NCBI GenBank assembly: GCA_963702925.1
Contig: OY969771.1
Span: 2,080,715-2,104,714, forward strand
DNA length: 24,000 bases
Origin: an uncultured Alphaproteobacteria bacterium
GTDB taxonomy: Bacteria > Pseudomonadota > Alphaproteobacteria > ATCC43930 > CGMCC-115725
Direction of reading: 5' to 3'
Part shown: positions 14,748-20,704 of the stretch, in pieces
Layout: each line of letters starts with the position of its first letter
Numbering within the stretch: the stretch's first letter is position 1
Notes under the pieces: model-generated
Seen by the model: the letters and a program-made list of their open reading frames with translations, nothing else
Told to the model about the DNA's origin: nothing
Database searches by the model: none
Made by a program: the position numbers and the translations under genes

Positions 14748-14761
14748 ATTCGGGGGCCGCT

Positions 14762-16309
14762 TTAGCTCGGAGGCGCACGGCCTCCCTGGCCGGCCGCCGG
14801 AGCCTGCGAAGGCGGCCGCGCTTTCCCGCTTGTAGGGCGCTGCCGAGACGCTTGGTCGGCCGCGCGCGGCAGGCGCTGCAAGTTGAGGGCGAGCCCCAAA
14901 GGCTCGATCGCCTCGTCGATAAGGCTGACGAGGCGCTCCACCGCTTTCTCTTGGCGGGTGCGCTCCGCCGCGCTTGCGCCGAGATGAAGCCATCGCACGA
15001 TATCCGCGAGGGCATGGAGCGCGGCATGGGCGGCGCGCGGCGCGTTGACGGTGATGCGATCAAGCCCGAGGGCCGCCTGGCGATCGCGATGCGCCGCGGC
15101 GCGCTCCGCCGCGGTCATCGCGCGCGCCGCATGCTTGCGCGGGCGTCCGATTTTCCGGCCGTGCACCGACAGGCGGACCGCCGGCTCCGACCCGTTCGCA
15201 ACCAGGATCGGCTCGATCAGCCGTCGCGCGAGAAACCGCACGACAGGGACCGCGACCGCATCCGCCGCAAGGGCGTATGCATGCGAATAGGCGGGCGGCA
15301 GACGATAATCGTCCGGAACGCCCATGAGCCGCGCCGCCTCGCGTGCCGAGAGGAGCCGCGAGCGCAGGTCTTTGCCCTCGATGCGGAGTATTTTCTGTCG
15401 GCTCGCGCCGCCCGTCGGCATCCGTAAGCAGCCGGCGAGATCGTCGGTGCGAAGCTCCACCACGGACGCTCCTGCGTCTCGAGGTCCACGCGTGCGTTCA
15501 TAGAGACAACCGATCGCGAGTTTGTTGCGCCGCTGCGCGCGGCGGAGCTTTTCTCGATCGCGCGCCGACAGCCTCTCGATCAGCTCCCGCGTTCTTTCCG
15601 GCGTATCCCATGCCGCGTCTGCAACGCCGGTTTCGATCAGATCGACCAACTCGACGGTGCGTCGCGCCGGCCGCGGCAGCCGCCACCAGATCCAGCGGCG
15701 CGCCGTCTCGGGATCGAGCAAATCGTGGAACTCGCAGACCTGCCGCGGATGCCAGAGCGGCGACGGCTTGTCGCCGATCAGCCACGGCGGCAGCGACAGG
15801 TCTTCGCGCGCGGCGACGAGGAAGGCCCGCGGACGCGACTGCGGCACGAACCAGGCGGCATCGGCGATCACGACCCCGTAAACATAGCCAGCGCCGCTCA
15901 AGGCGCGCAAAATCTCCGCGAGATCCTCGCCGCCATTCGAGGTCACGAGGGCGGACACGTTCTCGATCGCGATGATCGCCGGATGACGGATGCCGCGCCG
16001 CAGCTCCTGAAGCAGTCGGCAAAACTCCCATACCACCGCGCCGCGCATGCCGGAAATGCCCGCCCGTCTGCCGGCCGGAGAAAAGTCCTGGCATGGAAGG
16101 GACGCCCAGCCGAGATCGGCGCGTTCTGGGAGATGATGCGCGTCGAGGGTCGCGATATCGCTTTCGCAAAAAGCCGCGCGCCCAAAATTGGCGCGGTAGG
16201 CATCGGCCTTCACGCAGTCGAAATCGTTTGCGAACAAGCAACGCCACTCCTCGCCGAGCCCTAGGCGCACAGCACCCATGCCGGCGAAAAATTCATAAAA
16301 GGTTTTCAT
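14762..16309 (-). CDS. dcm: DNA (cytosine-5)-methyltransferase with a C-terminal extension of about 150 aa
   Basis: The start is taken at MKTFYEFFAGMG (ATG at 16309, GGAG about 9 nt upstream). Motifs: I FAGMGA, IV SLPCQDFS, VI IENV, VIII QSRPRAFL, X AADAVAVPVV. The C-terminal tail contains GRPRKHAARAMTAAERAAAHRDR (AT-hook-like GRPRK). Confidence 0.9.
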   Translation of the reverse strand: MKTFYEFFAGMGAVRLGLGEEWRCLFANDFDCVKADAYRANFGRAAFCESDIATLDAHHLPERADLGWASLPCQDFSPAGRRAGISGMRGAVVWEFCRLLQELRRGIRHPAIIAIENVSALVTSNGGEDLAEILRALSGAGYVYGVVIADAAWFVPQSRPRAFLVAAREDLSLPPWLIGDKPSPLWHPRQVCEFHDLLDPETARRWIWWRLPRPARRTVELVDLIETGVADAAWDTPERTRELIERLSARDREKLRRAQRRNKLAIGCLYERTRGPRDAGASVVELRTDDLAGCLRMPTGGASRQKILRIEGKDLRSRLLSAREAARLMGVPDDYRLPPAYSHAYALAADAVAVPVVRFLARRLIEPILVANGSEPAVRLSVHGRKIGRPRKHAARAMTAAERAAAHRDRQAALGLDRITVNAPRAAHAALHALADIVRWLHLGASAAERTRQEKAVERLVSLIDEAIEPLGLALNLQRLPRAADQASRQRPTSGKARPPSQAPAAGQGGRAPPS

Positions 16310-16540
16310 CGTATCGCTCCGCCTCAAACCGCCGCCTGCGCGCGGCACGCGGCACGCGGCAGTCTGCGGCAATCACGAGAAGCCGAACAGAGATTTCGCT
16401 TCGCACACGAAAGCGGGCGTCTTTACCGGATTTCGAGCGGTTTTCGTCCTTGATGCGAAACGCTGGAGTTCGGCCAAAGCAGGGCGCGATTCATGGCCTC
16501 GAGGCTTCGTCGCGCGGCACCGCACGACTATGATCATGGC

Positions 16541-17005
16541 ATGACCGACGTGTTCAGCCGCGCGAAGCGCAGCAGCATCATGCGCCAGGTGAAGGGCGCG
16601 AACACGGCGCCTGAGTTGCGGGTGCGCAGTCTTGCGCATCGCCTCGGCTATCGCTTCAGGCTGCATCGCAAGTCCCTGCCCGGCCGCCCCGATCTGGTTT
16701 TCCCAAGTCGGCGGATCGCGCTCTTCGTTCACGGCTGTTTCTGGCACCGGCATCCCGACTGCTCGGCAGCATCGATGCCAGCGAGCAATGTCGAGTACTG
16801 GCGGCAGAAATTTGCGCGGAACAAGGCGCGCGATGCTGCGGCGGCCCGAGATCTCGCGCGTATCGGTTGGAAGGTCGCGATCATTTGGGAATGTGAGACG
16901 CGTGACCTCGACGAACTCGCTGCGCGGCTGCACCGCATTTTGAACCGCGGTCACCGCCAAAAGCCCTCGCCACGGACCGGATCGAAGGCCGTTGCCGATC
17001 GCTGA
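16541..17005 (+). CDS. vsr: Very-short-patch repair endonuclease (Vsr)
   Basis: MTDVFSRAKRSSIMRQVKGANTAPELRVRSLAHRLGYRFRLHRKSLPGRPDLVFPSRRIALFVHGCFWHRH...WKVAIIWECE is colinear with E. coli Vsr as I recall it. The start is taken at ATG 16541 rather than the ORF-track 16493. Confidence 0.9.
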   Translation: MTDVFSRAKRSSIMRQVKGANTAPELRVRSLAHRLGYRFRLHRKSLPGRPDLVFPSRRIALFVHGCFWHRHPDCSAASMPASNVEYWRQKFARNKARDAAAARDLARIGWKVAIIWECETRDLDELAARLHRILNRGHRQKPSPRTGSKAVADR

Positions 17006-17332
17006 AGAAGGTTGATCGAGCCAGGTCGGCATTCCGCGCAAAGATCGTCATCCGCCGCGGAAATCGTCGCCACGGCCGACGAGCCGCAGGCGTTAAAATG
17101 GGTGACGCGAATGAAGGTCGATGCGCGAGCATGATCTATCTCTCTTCGAAGAAGGATCGATGACGAGGAATGCTGCGTAATTTCAAACGATCGCGCGCGG
17201 ATTCCGGGCGCTTCAGTCGCGTGACCACGACGTCATCGCGTGATCGCGTCGGAAGAATTTCGGCAGAAATCCGCCGCTACGGTCGGCGGCAGCGGCGGTC
17301 CGGCGGCAAGAGCGCGCGCGGGCCGCGGCCCC

Positions 17333-17429
17333 CCCCGTACATTCGTAGCGATGCCCCCGGAAATATGTAGGGATAGCCCCGGAAAGATGGAGGGATTGGA
17401 CCGCCCAAACCCCGTAAACTTGTAGGGAT
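17333..17429 (+). repeat. Helically phased direct-repeat (iteron or arm-site-like) array with GTAGGGAT core
   Basis: Cores are GTAGCGAT (17345), GTAGGGAT (17367), GGAGGGAT (17389) and GTAGGGAT (17422), with spacing of 22, 22 and 33 bp. The 22-bp units at 17345-17366 and 17367-17388 share 18/22 positions. The longer units CCCCGTACATTCGTAGCGAT (17333) and CCCCGTAAACTTGTAGGGAT (17410) share 16/20 positions and lie 77 bp apart. Confidence 0.55.
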
Positions 17430-17907
17430 CGGGTGCGGAAGCTCTTGAAGCGGCGAAGCAATTCGGCCGCCGAATCTTAAGAGAACTAAGAAGAACAAGA
17501 GAACTGTTCCGCCCTTCGGGCGGCAGCGCCTCTTCACGCGACGAGGTTTGGGTGCGGCGGTCGCGAGAGCTTCGTGCACCAATAGGCCACACGACGCCAG
17601 CTATCGGCCGTGCCAGGCGCGTGGAGGCCGATCGCAGAGGAGCTTGGGGGCTACCGCGAACCAGCTCTAGGAGCCTTCTCCCGCGTCATCGCCAGCTGGC
17701 CGAGTTAGGCCGCATGGCGGGCCGATGCGTCAGCAGAACTTCCGCCGTCCGGTCGCGCGTGCCGGCGCGCCGAGCGCCATCCTCTTCGTGCGAAGCGACG
17801 CGGGATCTTCCGCGTTCAAATCACCCGCTTCACCCGGTCGCCTCTAGCGGACCGTTCACCGCGCCACCAACTCCCTCGACACACCGACTAGTCCATTGGA
17901 GAGCCAA

Positions 17908-18289
17908 GATGAGCGAGCGCGCGCAAAGAGCCAAGGCGGGTCTCGTCCGCTACGGCATGCTCAACCGCGAAAAATTCCCGGACCTGGAGCTGACCGTCGC
18001 GGAAGTCGCGGTGCTTCTCGCGGTTGGCGATGAGCAAGTGCGGGTATGGGCGCGGAAGGGAATGTTGCCGGGCTGCATCTACGGGAAGGAATGGCGCTTC
18101 ACGTGGACGACGCTCGATGAACTGAAACGGCGCCTGCGAAACGAAGCCGAGGAGCGTCGGCTGCTGCGGCAAAAACGCGGGAGCGAAGCCAAAGCAGAGG
18201 CCCCGCATTATGCGCGCGTTGACGATGTAGCGCCGACGCCGAAGAGGGCGTCGCGGCCACGTCGCGAGGCTGCAGACGCGGCATTCTAG
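17908..18289 (+). CDS. Excisionase-family helix-turn-helix DNA-binding protein
   Basis: The ATG at 17908 has GGAGAG 5-10 nt upstream. LTVAEVAVLLAVGDEQVRVWARKGMLPGCIYGKEWRFTWTTLDELKRRL matches the excisionase/MerR-like HTH pattern. The ORF-track extension back to 17552 is R/S/P-rich and was rejected. Confidence 0.75.
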
Positions 18290-18496
18290 CACGCTCTTGC
18301 GCAGTATTGTTCTCAAGCAATTACTTCGACTGACTCAGTAACAGGGGACAACATCAGTTCCCTCGAAATAAATGTGATCCCAAGTTACTGAACAAGTGCA
18401 CAATTGGATACCATATTACATACGGGTACAGGCTGGCGCACACAGGGTTCCAGCGCCGGTGGTTGATCGGATCACGCCCTCTTTGGAGAAGACGAA

Positions 18497-20704
18497 ATGC
18501 GCAGCTTAGCCGATGCTCTCGCCGTCCAGACGCTACGGACGGATCCCCGCAACCCGAGCGCGCGCGCCCGCCGCGGCGCCGCAAGTCGAGGCATTGAGGC
18601 CGCGGCGCGGGCCTTGGGAAAGCCCGCTTCGGAGCTCCCAGCCGATGCGACGGCCATCGCGGCAATGCAGTCCGCCAAGGTGGACCGACAGGCGGTCTGG
18701 GCGGCGAGACGGGCGATCGAGGTGGTCGAAGCTGTTCCCGAACCCAACCTGCGGACGGCAGTCGCCGTCGCGCGGAAAGCCGATCCGACGCTCGCGGATG
18801 TCATGGACGCCGTCGGGGTCACGGACTGGGACGACAAAGGACGCGTCATCCGGTCTTTGCAGTGCGTCGCCGCGTTCCTGCGGCTGGCGCCGGCGGAAAT
18901 CCCGGCGCGCTTCGCCGAACTCGACGAGCCTGCGCTGAAAAAAATGACGGCGGGTCATTTCCGCGTCGATTCCCCGGCTACGGCTAAAGTCATGCGATCG
19001 CGCGCCCGCGCGGCGATCCGCCTGTTGGATTGCTTCAACGGAAGGCGCCCGATCGGTCAACTCAATGGCGGATGGGAGACCCTGCGTTTCCATCTCGATG
19101 CTGCGATCAGAGGAAAAATTGTGAATGGCAGCTCGCGCGGCGAGCTTCTCCCTTTCTTCGCGTTTTGTAGTGCCAAGGGGTTCGGGCCTGGGCAGGCCGA
19201 CAAAGCGGTAGCCGCCTGGGCCGCTCAGCTCGAGCATGAAAAGAAGCGGGGTTGGAAGAAAAAGGTACGGCGGCTCGTCCATCGTTGGAACGCGCTCGGG
19301 GAATCGCATCTGATCGCAAGCCTTCCGAGCGTCCGGCTCGCCGCGCCGACGTTCCCCACGCATCGTGTTGCGCGTTCTTTCAAAGATCTCAATCCGCTTT
19401 TGCAACTGTCTTGGAAGGACTGGGAAAAACGTCACACGCCGCCGCGCTCCGCCACCTCGCTGCTGGAGAGGATTTTCCCGAAGTCCGCCGCGGGCCGCCC
19501 TCCGGCGGCTCCGTCGTCGACGCCGCAGCTGGAACAGCTTTTCGCCCGGCGACCGGGACCGGACGCTCGTGGGCGGCGCGATTATCTGTCGGCGACCTAT
19601 CTAAAGGGTCTCGAATGGCATCTTTGCTTCGTCTATACGCGCCTCGTCGAGGAGGGCGTTCCGGAGGCCAAGCTCGCTTCCGTCGAAGCCGTGCTCACCT
19701 ACGAGAGATTTTCCATGGCTTTGGAGGCCATGATCCGTCGGAAATACGCCAAGAGCGACCGCGAGGGACAACCCCCTCATCTCGATGCCTCGATCGAGCG
19801 GTTCGCCTCGCAGCTGATCACGATCGCGAAAGGAGCTGGCGTCGACCAGGCTGATCTCGAGGAGATGGACCGCGTCGCCAACGCGCTGCGGCGGGAGACC
19901 GCCTCGGGCGGCCCACGCAACGGCTGCCAAATGAGTCCGCGGCGCCGGGCGATGCTGCAGCAGTTCAACGCCCCGGAGCGAATTCTGGCCTGGTATTACC
20001 GGCCGGCGCGCATCTACGAGCAAGTCATGAAAGCGCTCGGCGCCGTCGCGAATGGTCGCGTTCAGTTCGCGCTCATCGACCCCGAGAATATCACGAAGGA
20101 GCGCTGCGCTGCGATGGAATCGGCTGTGGTCATGCTCATTGAGCAGAACATGCCGCTTCGTTGCAGAAACGTCGGCACGACGCGCTGGAAGGGTGATCGG
20201 CCGAACCTGAGCCTGCCCACGAGGCAAGGCGAAGACGGCTTTCTTCGCTACGACGGCGCGGAAACCAAGACCAAGGTGAACCTTTCCACGCCGCTCGATC
20301 CCGACGCCGTTCAGCTCATCCGCGTCTGGATCGAAGTTTTTCTGCCATGGAAGATCGCCAAGCAAGGCGTCGATCCCGCGAACGTCTATCTATTCCCGGC
20401 GCGCGGCCTCGAGCATAAGGGCCTCTCCAACCTCACTACCAACGTGAGGCGGCAGTACGCGGCGGTCGGGCTCGATCTCGACCTCCATATTCACCGTGCG
20501 CTCGCGGGCAAGATCATTCTCACTGTTCACCCCTTCAGCATCGAGCTCGTCGCGCGGCTGCTCGGGCATCGCGATGCCGAGGTCACGCGCAAGTTCTACG
20601 CCGAGGAGGTGGACCCCTTCATCGTCCACGCCACATGGCAGCGCATCCTCAAGTCGGAAATCGAGCGGCTCAGTCAGAAGAAGCTTCTGACCCCGGTTCC
20701 GTGA
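18497..20704 (+). CDS. Large (735 aa) tyrosine recombinase with extended N-terminal region
   Basis: GGAGAA lies 6 nt before the ATG. The C-terminal catalytic domain has NMPLRCRNVG (Arg), VWIEVFLPW, LHIHRALAGKI (HxxR) and LLGHRDAEVTRKFYAE (His/Tyr). The N-terminal region of about 480 aa has no counterpart in ordinary integrases. Confidence 0.8.
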   Translation: MRSLADALAVQTLRTDPRNPSARARRGAASRGIEAAARALGKPASELPADATAIAAMQSAKVDRQAVWAARRAIEVVEAVPEPNLRTAVAVARKADPTLADVMDAVGVTDWDDKGRVIRSLQCVAAFLRLAPAEIPARFAELDEPALKKMTAGHFRVDSPATAKVMRSRARAAIRLLDCFNGRRPIGQLNGGWETLRFHLDAAIRGKIVNGSSRGELLPFFAFCSAKGFGPGQADKAVAAWAAQLEHEKKRGWKKKVRRLVHRWNALGESHLIASLPSVRLAAPTFPTHRVARSFKDLNPLLQLSWKDWEKRHTPPRSATSLLERIFPKSAAGRPPAAPSSTPQLEQLFARRPGPDARGRRDYLSATYLKGLEWHLCFVYTRLVEEGVPEAKLASVEAVLTYERFSMALEAMIRRKYAKSDREGQPPHLDASIERFASQLITIAKGAGVDQADLEEMDRVANALRRETASGGPRNGCQMSPRRRAMLQQFNAPERILAWYYRPARIYEQVMKALGAVANGRVQFALIDPENITKERCAAMESAVVMLIEQNMPLRCRNVGTTRWKGDRPNLSLPTRQGEDGFLRYDGAETKTKVNLSTPLDPDAVQLIRVWIEVFLPWKIAKQGVDPANVYLFPARGLEHKGLSNLTTNVRRQYAAVGLDLDLHIHRALAGKIILTVHPFSIELVARLLGHRDAEVTRKFYAEEVDPFIVHATWQRILKSEIERLSQKKLLTPVP

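Noticed and set aside
13886-15063. Several ORFs of 200-260 aa on both strands across the 14097-14761 spacer.
   Set aside because: All are R/P/G/S-rich with no motifs, they mutually overlap in every frame, and they contain the homopolymer and palindrome repeats. I treated the region as non-coding.
15498-16247. Alternative-frame ORFs overlapping the methyltransferase gene on both strands, for example the 249-aa minus-strand ORF at 15498-16247 and the plus-strand ORFs at 15343-15975 and 15725-16264.
   Set aside because: They are shadow ORFs. The other minus-strand frame carries all the m5C methyltransferase motifs.
16493-16540. 16-codon upstream extension of vsr.
   Set aside because: The Vsr alignment, as I recall it, starts at MTDV (16541), and the extension adds R-rich residues. 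The exact start remains uncertain.
16373-17041. 222-aa minus-strand ORF overlapping vsr.
   Set aside because: It is antisense to a gene colinear with Vsr and has no independent support.
17552-17907. 119-codon N-terminal extension of the HTH ORF.
   Set aside because: The extension is R/S/P-rich junk. A good SD and ATG lie at 17908, directly before the HTH domain.
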